Assembly (NCBI GenBank): GCA_963717145.1
Contig: OY970325.1
Coordinates: 672,001-736,000 of the forward strand
DNA: 64,000 nucleotides
Origin: an uncultured Armatimonadetes bacterium
GTDB taxonomy: Bacteria > Armatimonadota > UBA5829 > DTJY01
Reading direction: 5' to 3'
Position 1 is the stretch's first letter. Every line of letters starts with the position of its first letter. The position numbers and the translations under genes are program-made. Under the pieces are notes generated by a model. The model worked only from the letters and a program-made list of their open reading frames with translations. It ran no database searches and was not told where the DNA came from. Of the stretch, positions 19,258 to 29,864 are shown piece after piece.

Positions 19258-20082
19258 ATGGCCGTCATCAATGAAGTCCAGGCGAAGTCGATCCTGGGGA
19301 AGTCGGGCATCTCGGACTACTGCGTCAACTGCTACACCGGGTGCCTGCACAACTGCATCTACTGCTACGCACGGTTCATGAAGCGGTTCTCCGGCCACGA
19401 AGAGCCATGGGGCACGTTCCTCGATGCCAAGGTGAACGCGCCGGAGGTCCTCGCCAGGGAGGTGAAACGCAAGCCGCCCGGTCACGTCTTCGTCAGCTCG
19501 GTCTGCGACGCCTATCAGCCGCTCGAGATGCGATACCGGCTCACCCGCGAGTGCGTCAGGATCCTGGTCGACGCCGGTTTCCATCCCGCCATCCTCACGA
19601 AGAGCAAGCTGGTCACCCGCGATTTCGATATCCTGGAGGGGCACGAGAACTGCAACGTCGCCTGCACGTTGACGACCATGGATGAGCAACTCCGGTTTCG
19701 GATCGAGTCGGGCGCGTCTCCCACCCGGGAGCGGATCGCGGCTCTGGAGGAGGCGTGCTCGCGCGGGATCAGGGCCTCTGCGTTCCTCGGGCCGTTCATG
19801 CCGGGACTCTCCGACACCGATGAGGCGCTCGACGCGCTCGTCTCGGCGGTGGCGCATCTGCCGCTGACCCATCTCCATGCCGACAAGTTGAACTCGAGGC
19901 CCGGCGTATGGGATGCGGTTGTGCCGTTCATCAAACGGCAGCATCCCGGGCTGTTCGACCTCTACCGGACGCTGTTCTTCGACGAGGATGAGTACCGGGC
20001 CTATTGCGCCGATCTCGGTCACCGGCTGAGGAAGATCGCCGAGGCGCACCATATCTCCGATCGCCTGCAACCGGTGTTCTGA
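19258..20082 (+). CDS. Radical SAM protein, spore-photoproduct-lyase-like family
   Basis: NCYTGCLHNCIYCYA, DAYQPLE, ILTKS; TGcTACAAT 6 nt upstream (leaderless). Confidence 0.88.
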   Translation: MAVINEVQAKSILGKSGISDYCVNCYTGCLHNCIYCYARFMKRFSGHEEPWGTFLDAKVNAPEVLAREVKRKPPGHVFVSSVCDAYQPLEMRYRLTRECVRILVDAGFHPAILTKSKLVTRDFDILEGHENCNVACTLTTMDEQLRFRIESGASPTRERIAALEEACSRGIRASAFLGPFMPGLSDTDEALDALVSAVAHLPLTHLHADKLNSRPGVWDAVVPFIKRQHPGLFDLYRTLFFDEDEYRAYCADLGHRLRKIAEAHHISDRLQPVF

Positions 20083-20120
20083 CAGGTAATACTCACGACG
20101 ACCACGATCACTCCGCAAAG

Positions 20121-20149
20121 TGTCATTCTTCACTTCGTTCAGAATGACA
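20121..20149. repeat. Collapsed TGTCATTCT...AGAATGACA hairpin
   Basis: 27/29 identical to 9085-9113. Confidence 0.75.
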
Positions 20150-20244
20150 TGGATGACGGTGTTCCAGTGCGCGCGAATTCCCTCATTTCGGAAGGATATG
20201 GGCCGTATGGAGGCTAACTGGTGATGCGAGGGGGATGATCCACA

Positions 20245-21641
20245 ATGAGCGACAGGGAGTTCACAAGACGCGAGTTTCTGGCAGGCATGGGGCGGCCGCC
20301 CTTTCGATTCCTCTGATGAGCAACATCGCATTCGGGGCGGAGGAGCGTCCGAATTTCGTCTTCATCCTCACGGATGATCAGCGGTTCGACGCGATGAGTT
20401 GCGCGGGCCACCCGTTCCTCCAGACGCCGAATATCGACCGGATCGCCAAAGAAGGCGCGATCTTCAGGAACGCGTTCGTCACCATCGCCCTCTGCGCTCC
20501 GAGCCGCGGATGCTTCCTTACCGGGAAGTATGCGCATTCGCATGGCGTCATGAACAACGGCACTCCGTTCGACGACAGCCAGCCGACGTTCCCATCGGTT
20601 CTGCAGAAGGCCGGATACGAGACCGCGTTCGTCGGCAAGTGGCACATGGGCGGCCAGGAAGGGCCTCGCAAGGGCTTCAACCACTGGTTCAGCTTCAAGG
20701 GACAGGGCGCGTATTACAATCCCACGATAAACGACAACGGCGAGGTCAGGCGCGTCGCAACCTATATGACAGACCTCCTGACGAATCATGCGGTGGACTG
20801 GCTCAGGAAGCCTCGGAATGCACCGTTCTGCCTGTGTCTTGCGCACAAGGCAGTTCACGGCCCATTCGAGCCCGCTGTCCGCCACCGAAAGCTCTACTCC
20901 GACGTGAAGATAGATCGTCCCGCGAGCATGACCGACACCCTCGAGGGCAAACCGGCGTGGGTGAAGCTAGGGATGGAACCGGGCCATGACTCCAAGGGCG
21001 CTCTCAAGGATCCCGCCAAGTTCGACGAGTTGGTCCAGGATTACTGCCGGACCCTCGTCGCGGTCGATGAGGGAGTCGGCCGCGTGCTCGATACACTGGA
21101 GGAGATGGGCCAGCTCGACAACACTGTGATCGTCTTCGCCGGCGATAATGGGTACTTCCTGGGAGAGCACAACCGCGTCGACAAGCGCGCGATGTACGAG
21201 GAGTCGATCCGCATTCCGTTCGTCATGCGTTATCCCAGGGCGGTCAAGCCCGGCACGGAGATCGAGGGCATGGTGCTCGGCATCGACCTCTGCCCGACGT
21301 TCCTCGCCTTGGCGGGAGTTGCGATACCTGAGGGCGTTCAGGGCAGGTCATTACGCCCGCTGCTCCGGGGGAAGACTCGCGGCTGGCGTGAGGACTGGCT
21401 CTACGAGTACTTCTGGGAGAAGGGATTCCCGAGGACCCCGACGATCACCGGCGTGCGCACCGAGCGGTGGATGTATGCCGAATACCCGGAGGTCGATGAC
21501 ATCTCAGAGCTGTATGACCTGAAGAACGATCCGACTCAGCTCCACAATCTGATCGGCGACCCGAAGCGCGCCGACGTCTTGAAGGACATGCAAGCTCGCC
21601 TCGCGCGTCTCAAGCAGGAAACATCTTACCCTGCCACATAG
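20245..21641 (+). CDS. Sulfatase with Tat signal peptide; frameshift at ~20291
   Basis: MSDREFTRREFLAGMG in one frame; RPNFVFILTDDQR, CAPSR and GKWH in the next. Confidence 0.9.
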
Positions 21642-21644
21642 CAG

Positions 21645-21828
21645 GAACACAGAGACACAGAAGGAACACAGAAGCACGGAAAGGACTCTTGATGAGGAAG
21701 CCAGGAATGCAGGAAGGGAACGGAAGGCCTAGGTTTCCAGGTGCTCCGTTCATGGCTTCCTGAATTCCTGGTGTCCTGATAAGAATCCCTTTCCGTGTTT
21801 CCGACTCCTTCCGTGCTTCTGTGTTCTA
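21645..21828. repeat. Composite palindromic element with CACAGA and CAGGAA tandem subunits
   Basis: GAACACAGAAGCACGGAA...TTCCGTGCTTCTGTGTTC outer IR; inner AGGAAGCCAGGAA / TTCCTGGTGTCCT. Confidence 0.8.
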
Positions 21829-21846
21829 TTCTGAACGGAGGATAGT

Positions 21847-22419
21847 ATGAACATCAAAGGAACACAGACCGAGAAGAACCTGCTCACCGCATTTGCCGGG
21901 GAGTCGCAGGCCCGCAACAGGTACTCTTTCTTTGCCAGCCAGGCAGCGAAGGATGGCTACGTGCAGATCGCCGCAATCTTCACCGAGACCGCCGACAACG
22001 AGAAGGAGCATGCCAAGCGCTTCTTCAGCTTCCTTGAGGGCGGCCCATGCGAGATCGTGGGTGTCTTCCCGGCCGGCAAGATCGGCACGACCGCGGAGAA
22101 CCTCCTCGCCGCGGCCGAAGGTGAGGCGGAGGAGTGGGGCAGCATCTACCCCGATTTCGCCAAGATCGCCCGCGACGAGAACCTCGCGGCCGTTGCCGTC
22201 GCTTTCGAGAAGATCGCGTCGGTCGAAAAGCATCACGAGGAGAGGTACCGCGCGCTGCTGAAGAACGTCGAGGACGCCAAGGTCTTCAAGAAGGATTCGA
22301 CGATGACCTGGAAGTGCAGGAACTGCGGCTACATCCATCAGGGCGCGGATGCCCCGTCGATGTGTCCGGCATGCATCCACCCGCAGGCGCACTTCGAGCT
22401 TCTGGCCGACAACTTTTGA
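21847..22419 (+). CDS. rbr: Rubrerythrin
   Basis: AFAGESQARNRY, EKEHA, EKHHE, WKCRNCGY, CPAC.HP. Confidence 0.97.
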   Translation: MNIKGTQTEKNLLTAFAGESQARNRYSFFASQAAKDGYVQIAAIFTETADNEKEHAKRFFSFLEGGPCEIVGVFPAGKIGTTAENLLAAAEGEAEEWGSIYPDFAKIARDENLAAVAVAFEKIASVEKHHEERYRALLKNVEDAKVFKKDSTMTWKCRNCGYIHQGADAPSMCPACIHPQAHFELLADNF

Positions 22420-22435
22420 GCCGATCAAGCACCCG

Positions 22436-22513
22436 GGCTGTCATTCTGAGCTTGGCGAAGAATCTGGCCTCCCAGGCCGGGCCAGATTCTTCGCCAAGCT
22501 CAGAATGACAGCC
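22436..22513. repeat. Perfect 34-bp-arm palindrome (GTCATTCTGAG...CGAAGAATCT family)
   Basis: Arms 22436-22469 and 22480-22513. Confidence 0.9.
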
Positions 22514-22565
22514 ACTGATTGTATGTGTTGGGGCGGGAGTTGCACTCCTGCTCCGGAGGAAACCC

Positions 22566-23654
22566 ATGAACTTCCGAGAGCGGACACTGGCGATCTTCGC
22601 CCACCAACCCGTCGACAACGTCGTCTATCAGCCGCGGATCGAGCACTGGTACGGCGTCAACAGGGCTCAAGGCACACTCCCCGAGCGCTACCGGGAGATG
22701 TCGCTGCTCGATGTCTATGATGACCTCGGATGCTCGATCCGAAGCTACCCCTGGTTCAACGGCTGCCTCGGATGCAAGGACGACCCGACCGTGAAGTATG
22801 AGGCCGAGCAGCATGGGAACAAGCACATTTCCCGCTGGACCTGCCCGGTAGGAAGCGTGGAGACGCACTCCAGTTCGACCGGCCTGGCGTCTCACACCGA
22901 CAAGTTCCCGGTCGAGACTCCGGACGACGCGCGGGTGATGGAGTACATCATGCGTGGTCGCACCTGGTTCTTCAACAAGGAACTCTACTCGCAGAACGAT
23001 GCGCTGATCGGTGACCGCGCCGCTCCGATGGCGTTCATCCCGCGCATCAACATGCAGCGCATGCTCATCGAGATCATGGGTGTCGAGGGGACGATCTACG
23101 CGCTCCACGACGACCGGGCGATGGTCGAGCATCTCATCGACGTGATCAACGAGACCGACGAGCAGATGCTCCAAGTCGTGCTCGACAGCCCTGTGCCGAT
23201 CATCAACTTCGGTGACAACGTGGACCACCACTTCCTTCCGCCGAACCTCTTCGAGCGCTATGTGCTGCCGGAATATCAGCGCCGTGCGGACCTCTTCCGC
23301 GCGCGCGGGAAGTTCACGCACGCCCATTGGGATGGCAGCATCAAGCTCCTGCTTCCGTATTGCCAACAGACTCGGCTCGACGGCATCGAGGCGCTGACCC
23401 CGATCCCGCAAGGCGACGTCACGCTCCAGGAGATGAAGGCGGCGCTGGGGGATATGGTGATGTTGGACGGCGTCCCGATGACGAGCTTCCTTCCGAGCGA
23501 ACCGCTGGAGGAACTGGAGCGGACGGCGCGCGACTGCATCGAGATGTTTTCGCCGAACTTGGTCCTGGGCGTCTCGGATGAGCCGTCGCCGGTGTGCGAC
23601 ATCGAGCGCGTCCGCCTTGTGGCGGAGATCCTCAAGGAGTATGAGCCGGCATGA
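22566..23654 (+). CDS. URO-D / MtaA-CmuA-like family protein
   Basis: FGDN, HWDG, GIEALTP.P.GD, LVLGVSDE. Confidence 0.75.
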   Translation: MNFRERTLAIFAHQPVDNVVYQPRIEHWYGVNRAQGTLPERYREMSLLDVYDDLGCSIRSYPWFNGCLGCKDDPTVKYEAEQHGNKHISRWTCPVGSVETHSSSTGLASHTDKFPVETPDDARVMEYIMRGRTWFFNKELYSQNDALIGDRAAPMAFIPRINMQRMLIEIMGVEGTIYALHDDRAMVEHLIDVINETDEQMLQVVLDSPVPIINFGDNVDHHFLPPNLFERYVLPEYQRRADLFRARGKFTHAHWDGSIKLLLPYCQQTRLDGIEALTPIPQGDVTLQEMKAALGDMVMLDGVPMTSFLPSEPLEELERTARDCIEMFSPNLVLGVSDEPSPVCDIERVRLVAEILKEYEPA

Positions 23655-24673
23655 GTGATCTGCCCGACAAGACTGGCTCACGGTTTCTGATCTACCGGTC
23701 TGAGGACGGCTCAGTCGGTATGCGAGTTCGACTGGAAGGCGAGACCGTCTGGCTGACCCAGAATCAGATGGCTGAGCTGTTCCAGACCACGAAACAGAAT
23801 GTGAGTCTCCACATTCGGAACATCTTCGCCGAGGGTGAACTGGACGCGAGGGCAACTGTCAAGCAATACTTGACAGTTCAAATGGAGGGAAGTCGGGAGA
23901 TCGAGCGCGCCTTGGATCATTACAACCTCGATGTGATCATCTCGGTCGGATACCGGGTGAGATCGCACCGAGGTACTCAGTTCCGTATATGGGCCACACA
24001 GCGGCTTCGCGAGTTGCTGACCAAAGGATTCACCCTCGACGATGAAAAGCTCAAGCAAGCCGGTGGCGGCGCTTACTTCGACGAGCTTCTCGCCCGGATC
24101 CGGGACATCCGATCGTCGGAGAAAGTCTTCTGGCGAAAGGTGCTCGAAATATACGCGACCAGCATGGATTATGACCCGCGTACTGAGATGTCCCAGCGGT
24201 TCTTCGCGACTGTCCAGAACAAGATCCACTGGGCGGCACACGGACACACCGCCGCAGAGATCGTATCCTCACGCGCCGACGCATCGGCGCCGAACATGGG
24301 GCTCACCTCCTGGGCCGGCGGCAAACCTCGCAAGGCGGACGCCGAGATCGCGAAGAACTACCTCGACCACGAGGAGTTGGATGCCTTGAACCGGATTGTA
24401 ACCGTATACCTGGAGTTTGCTGAGCTTCAAGCGCTGAATCGGAGCCCGATGTACATGCGCGACTGGCTCACCAAGCTGGACGACTTCCTCCGAATGAGCG
24501 GGCGGGAGGTGCTTGCGCATCTCGGACGGGTAACGCACGAGGAGGCGCTTTCCAAGGCCCATGCGGAGTTCGAGCGGTATCGCGCACAGCACTTGAACGA
24601 TGTCTCTCCGGTCGAAGAGCACTTCCTGGAGGCCATTGAGGAGTTGAAGCAGTTGGAGGCGAAGAAGCCATGA
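23651..24673 (+). CDS. RhuM-family DNA-binding protein
   Basis: ETVWLTQNQMAELFQ, YNLDVIISVGYRVRSHRGTQFRIWAT, RIRDIRSSEK. Confidence 0.93.
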   Translation: MSDLPDKTGSRFLIYRSEDGSVGMRVRLEGETVWLTQNQMAELFQTTKQNVSLHIRNIFAEGELDARATVKQYLTVQMEGSREIERALDHYNLDVIISVGYRVRSHRGTQFRIWATQRLRELLTKGFTLDDEKLKQAGGGAYFDELLARIRDIRSSEKVFWRKVLEIYATSMDYDPRTEMSQRFFATVQNKIHWAAHGHTAAEIVSSRADASAPNMGLTSWAGGKPRKADAEIAKNYLDHEELDALNRIVTVYLEFAELQALNRSPMYMRDWLTKLDDFLRMSGREVLAHLGRVTHEEALSKAHAEFERYRAQHLNDVSPVEEHFLEAIEELKQLEAKKP

Positions 24674-24694
24674 CAGTGGATAGGAGTATTTGAG

Positions 24695-25201
24695 ATGAGA
24701 CTTCAGAACAAAGAACAATCAGGTATGGTTTTCGATCGGATACTGGCAGAGGCGAGGGGCTTCGGGCTGGAGATTGCGGATCAGGACTTCGGACGTCCGT
24801 GGGGCGGATTCCTCAGGTTCGCGGAGGATTCGCTTCCGGCGTTCTTCGAGGCGTATTGGAAGGGTGCGGACACCGGGAAGCATGCGGGCCGGCGCGATCC
24901 GAAGGTCCTCATCGTCGCGCCCGCTCAGCGACTCTCGCTCCAGTTGCACCATAGGCGGTCGGAGCTTTGGCGGATACTCGACGGGCCCGTTATGGTGATC
25001 CACGGCCCGGACAAGGATCATCTGGAGGCCGACATCATGTACCCCGGCGAGACGATCAGCATCCCGTGCGGGCACATGCATCGGCTCGCGGGCGCTCTCG
25101 ACTCGTGGGGCAGGGTGGCCGAGATCTGGCAGCACGAGGATCCGAGCAACCTCTCAGACGAGTCTGATATCGTCCGGGTGCAGGATGATTACGCCCGGTA
25201 G
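24695..25201 (+). CDS. Cupin, mannose-6-phosphate isomerase type II-like
   Basis: RPWGGF, RLSLQLHHRRSELW, HRL, DIVRVQDDYAR. Confidence 0.85.
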   Translation: MRLQNKEQSGMVFDRILAEARGFGLEIADQDFGRPWGGFLRFAEDSLPAFFEAYWKGADTGKHAGRRDPKVLIVAPAQRLSLQLHHRRSELWRILDGPVMVIHGPDKDHLEADIMYPGETISIPCGHMHRLAGALDSWGRVAEIWQHEDPSNLSDESDIVRVQDDYAR

Positions 25202-25278
25202 AACACAGAGGCACAGAAGGACACGGAAAAAGCGGGAGGCTTCTTATCAGGAAACCAGGAAGATAGGAAGCCAGGAAT
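25199..25278. repeat. Left half of the CACAGA/CAGGAA composite element
   Basis: TAGAACACAGAGGCACAGAAGGACACGG...TTCTTATCAGGAAACCAGGAAGATAGGAAGCCAGGAA. Confidence 0.7.
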
Positions 25279-25286
25279 GGGGATTG

Positions 25287-28170
25287 ATGGCGTGTCGGAT
25301 CGTGATTGTGGCCGTTCTCCTGATGATATCGATACCCGGGTGCGCGATGTCCGCATCCCTTGACATGGAGCGGGAAGTCCTTCATGTGGGGCACGATGGC
25401 CTGGCACTGACAGTCTCGCTCAGGAGTCCGCGTTTTGAGTTCGACGAGTCGGTCGTCGGAGGGACGCCGCCCCTGCGTACCAGTGGGGATCTGACTGAAG
25501 AGCGGGAAGCTCGCGGCCGTCTATCCGACTATCACGGTCGGTGACTCCGTGCTGGAGGTCCGCCTGCTCCTCGAATGGTCGGCGGAGGAGAACGTCCTGC
25601 ACAAGTGGGCCGAGTACCGTCTCATTGGCGGCTGTCCGAGGCTTCTCAAAGAGGTTACCCTGGACGAGGTTGTCACGTCCGGGCAGATCGACCTGAGTCC
25701 GAGCGACCCCCAGAGCCATCCCGCGTTTCTCGATGGATTCTTCGCCGGCATCGAGTTTCCGGTGGCGTCCACTCGGCTGGAGAATGGCCGTCTGATCCTC
25801 GCTCATCGCCCGGGTCTGATGGTGAAGCCAGGAACTTGGCATCAGACTCGGAAGGCCGTCTTCGGCGTCGCCCCGAAGGGCGAGGAGAGGCGCGCATTCG
25901 AGCGTTACATCGCCGCCAATCGTCCCGGTCCGAAGGGATTCCACGTCAACTACAACAGTTGGTGGACCTCCCCCGTGCCGTACAAGGAATCGGACATCCT
26001 CGGCATCGAGGCCATCTTCAAGGAGAAGCTCTACAAACCCCATGGTGTCTCCTTCGATACGTTCTGCATCGACATGGGCTGGTCCGACGTGAAGAGCGTC
26101 TGGGAGATTGACAAGGGGCTCTTCCCCGATGGTTTCACCAAGATCCAACGCGCGGCAGAGCGGATGAAGGCCAACCTCGGGCTCTGGATCTCCCCGTGCA
26201 GTGCGTATCCCGGTGCGGTCGACAACGAGCAGGCGGCTCGGGATGGCTATGAGACCTTCGTTGACGGGCCACGATACGCGTGTCTCGCCGGGGAGCGCTA
26301 TCGTGCGCGGCTGACGGACTGCCTCGTCCGGATGGTCACGGAGAACGGGGTGCGGCACATCAAGTTCGACGGCTACCGGCCCCAGTGCACAGAAGCCGGT
26401 CACGGTCACGAGCCGGGCGCACTCGGGTGCGAGGCGGTCGCTCAGGGGATGATCTCCGTATTCGAGGCCGTTCGCAGGGCCGCCCCCGACACCTGGATGG
26501 AGACGACGTGCTTCGGCTGGAACCCGAGTCCCTGGTGGCTCTTCTACGCCGACTCGGTGATCGGGACTTACGGCGACGACGCTCCATACGGGCGGGTTCC
26601 GTCGCCGGTCTACCGTGAGAGCTACACGACCGCCCGCGACTACTTCAACCTCCAGGGCGCGGACTTGCTGCCGATCCCGGATGTTGCGCAGGAGGTGCTC
26701 GGCGTCGTCCATCAGACGGGGGACGACCTGCTGAACGACGCGGTGATGACGATCATGCGGGGGCACATGTTCCTGCCGGCGTACATCAATCCCGCGTACA
26801 TGAGCGATCGGCGGTGGAAATCGCTGGCCGACCTCCTGAAGTGGGCGCGCGCAAACGCTCCGCTGCTCCAGGAGACCGAGCCGCTGCTGCCGGAATCATG
26901 GCTTCAGGGAAAGACGCCCAGGTTCACCAACGATTCGCCGATGCCGCGTGAGCCCTACGGATATGCGCATTGGGGTGACGGCAAAGGCCTGGTTGCGCTC
27001 CGGAATCCGTGGATCACGCCACAGACGTTCAAGCTCAAACTCGGCGCTCTTGCGAAGGACTCATCCGCAGTCAGCATCTATCCTGAGCCACGACTCTATA
27101 TGCGAGATCTCCGCTCCGGCGATACCATCGACGTTCCACTTGCGCCGTATGAGACGGTCGTCCTCTCGATCGGCCGAAACGCGACTGAAGGTCTGCCGGA
27201 TGCCTCGAAGGTCGAGCGGCGCATCAAGTCGGATGTCACGGAGCGCGCCCTGACACGGGTCAAGCTCGATGGCGCGGGTGAGGCGTTCGGGCCGGATTGG
27301 ACCGATCCGATGGCAGGCGCGGAGTCGGGGACTTCGCTCTCACTGGAGGCGGATGTCACTGTCGAGGCTCCTGACGCCGACCTGCTCGTGCTCCTGGAAG
27401 GGACTTCCTCACAGAACGCGCCGTACTGTCGCCTCCTGGTAGATGGCAAGGAGCGTCCGATGACCATGAGCGGCTCCGACGCTGGATGGGCGGCGACGGG
27501 TCTGCCGAAACCGGAGCACTGGCTGTTCCTGACGGCTCCTCTGCGGTCAGGCAAGAACCGCATCAAGCTCGATCTGCTGGCCGGCGATGAATGCCAGAAG
27601 CTCTCGGCATTCATCTGGGCGAAGATGCCCGGGAAACCGGGACAGCCATTGCCCGCGCCTGAGATGGTCTCCCGGGACGCTGTTCCTCTGCTCGAACCGA
27701 TCGAGACACGGACGATACCGATCACGAGCAAGGCGGTGAAGAGCACGATCGACCGGATCGACGGCATCTACCTCGACTGGCTCGAGCCGCTGTCGGTCTC
27801 GCAGGGGTGGGGGACGCTTCAGAGGAACAAGAGTGTCTGGGAGAAGCCGCTCGTCATCGCAGGGACACGCTACCTCAGGGGGCTCGGCACGCACGCGCCC
27901 TCGCGGATTACCTACGCCCTCGACGGAAAGTATCGGCGATTCCAGGCCTCGGTTGGCGCGGACTCTGCCACCAGCCCGACAGTCAGCTTCGAGGTCTGGG
28001 TCGATGGGGAGAAGCGCTGGGAGTCTGGCTTGATGAAACGCGAGGATGCCGCGCGTCCGGTGGACTTAGACATCACCGGCGCGAAGGTCCTCGAACTGAT
28101 CGTAGGCGACGGCGGGAACGGCATCAATGCTGACCACGCCGATTGGGCCGACGCTCGTCTGATGCGGTAG
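25287..28170 (+). CDS. Secreted GH36/GH27-like glycosidase with C-terminal NPCBM/NEW2 domain; frameshift at ~25497
   Basis: YNSWW, IDMGW, LGLWISP, HIKFDG; QGWG...GLGTHA...DHADWADARL; signal peptide lies in the upstream frame. Confidence 0.75.
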
Positions 28171-28177
28171 AGGACCG

Positions 28178-29665
28178 TCACTTCGGACAGAGGCAAGCCT
28201 CGATCCGCGCGTGGCACTTCGGGCAGGTCGGCACTCCTCGCGCGGGCTGCCAGTCGTTGCCGGCGTTCGGGCCGAGGATCACGAACTCCGCGCTGTACTT
28301 CCTGCCGCCGATGGTGACATGCGCCTTCACGATGTTCGAGTCGGTGGGATTCTCGGCGGTCACCTCGTATGCGACCTCCTCCTCCGACGGCCTCAGAGGG
28401 TCCGACACCCAGCCCGCGGGGACTTCCAACTGCATGTCGGCGGTCACCCGATGGCCGGAGCGCTCAGCAGTGACGCTTAGCACCTTTGGGAAGCCCGGAC
28501 GGATTACCGGCTCGCCATGGTAGTGCAGAGTGATCTCGATGTCGTCGTCCACGGTTGCCGTCGCCGACTCCATGTCGCGAGTCCAAAGCTCCCTTGCCTC
28601 GTGATTCGCTGTCAAGAGTGGTACAGTAGCAACTGGTACTCTTGTACCAAAGGCTACAGTCGCAAGCTTCGATCGGGCATCGAGAACCGTTCTCCCGAGC
28701 AGCACGGTCTGATCGGTCAACTCGCCGACCGTCTTCGGCGCGTCGAGGTTCTGCGTGAACTTGTGGAGCACGATGCCCTCGCCGATCGGGTCGCGCCACT
28801 CAGAGGGGATGATCTTCGTCCCGCCGAGGATTCCGAGGAGAGAGCCAAGCGTCGCGCCGGTGCAGTCGGTGTCGTATCCGCAGTTGACAGCTTTGCACAA
28901 CTTATCGCCGTAATCCTGTCCATAGAGCCAGCCGATGATCGTGAAACCGTGGTTCTGCGGCGCGTGGCACGGATGATTGTGACCGAATCGGGTGATGATC
29001 CGGCTTCGGGCGTCTTCCCACGAGACTTTGTTCTCATGACACCAGACGGCGGATGTGACCGCTCGATGTATGTGCGACCAGACCGGGATCATGCCGAGCC
29101 CGATGCGGATCAGGGTTATCGGGTCGCTGATGACGAAGGCGGCGCTCTCCAGTGCCGCCCAGAACATCTCGCCCCAGACGCCTTCGCCGCCCGCGTGATC
29201 GAGGACGGCATCCTTCCACGCCATGACAGCCGCGAGTTGTGGATCGCCGGGAGCGATGCAGGCCCATATCTCGCTGCGGATCGGTGAGCCCATCTGGTCG
29301 ATGAAATCGTTCTCGAAGCACCCGCTAATGGGCGGCCGAAGCCCGCGCTGGAGGTTTCGCTGGCAGAACCCGTACTCGTCCCATGGATACGGCGCAAGGT
29401 GTTTCATCCAGTAGTCGGCGAAGTCATTGAGGCCGGGGTTGATGCCGCGCTCCTGGAGCATCTTCAGCCAGACGAGTTGGAGGTCGAGGTCGTCGTTCGG
29501 CGCTGACTCGGAGGGCATCGGATCGTAGTACTTGAGGGTCAGTATCTCCTTGCGGCCCTCGGTCGGAGCGCCGAGCGTGCCTCCGATGTTCTTGCCGAGC
29601 CAGCATGCGTAGACCTTGTCGCGGTACTCGGCCTCGCTCAGTATGATCGGTCGGTTCAGCTTCAT
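28178..29665 (-). CDS. ADP-ribosylglycohydrolase family protein
   Basis: WLGKNIGGTLGAP.EG, NDDLD, GYDTDCTGAT. Confidence 0.9.
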   Translation of the reverse strand: MKLNRPIILSEAEYRDKVYACWLGKNIGGTLGAPTEGRKEILTLKYYDPMPSESAPNDDLDLQLVWLKMLQERGINPGLNDFADYWMKHLAPYPWDEYGFCQRNLQRGLRPPISGCFENDFIDQMGSPIRSEIWACIAPGDPQLAAVMAWKDAVLDHAGGEGVWGEMFWAALESAAFVISDPITLIRIGLGMIPVWSHIHRAVTSAVWCHENKVSWEDARSRIITRFGHNHPCHAPQNHGFTIIGWLYGQDYGDKLCKAVNCGYDTDCTGATLGSLLGILGGTKIIPSEWRDPIGEGIVLHKFTQNLDAPKTVGELTDQTVLLGRTVLDARSKLATVAFGTRVPVATVPLLTANHEARELWTRDMESATATVDDDIEITLHYHGEPVIRPGFPKVLSVTAERSGHRVTADMQLEVPAGWVSDPLRPSEEEVAYEVTAENPTDSNIVKAHVTIGGRKYSAEFVILGPNAGNDWQPARGVPTCPKCHARIEACLCPK

Positions 29666-29679
29666 GATCGACTCCTTTG

Positions 29680-29864
29680 GAACACAGATGGAACAGATGA
29701 TGCACAGATGGCACGGATGGGATTCTTATCGGGAAGCCAGAAATTCGGAAAACCACGAGAGGGATTGTGGAACTCCACTATGCCATTCATGGATTCCTGC
29801 CCTCCCGGTTTCCTGATATGTTTTTTCCGTGTCATCCTCTGCAATCTGTGTTATCTGTGTTCTA
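29680..29864. repeat. Composite CACAGA/CAGGAA palindromic element
   Basis: GAACACAGAT...TTCTTATCGGGAAGCCAG...TTTCCTGATA...ATCTGTGTTCTA. Confidence 0.8.
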
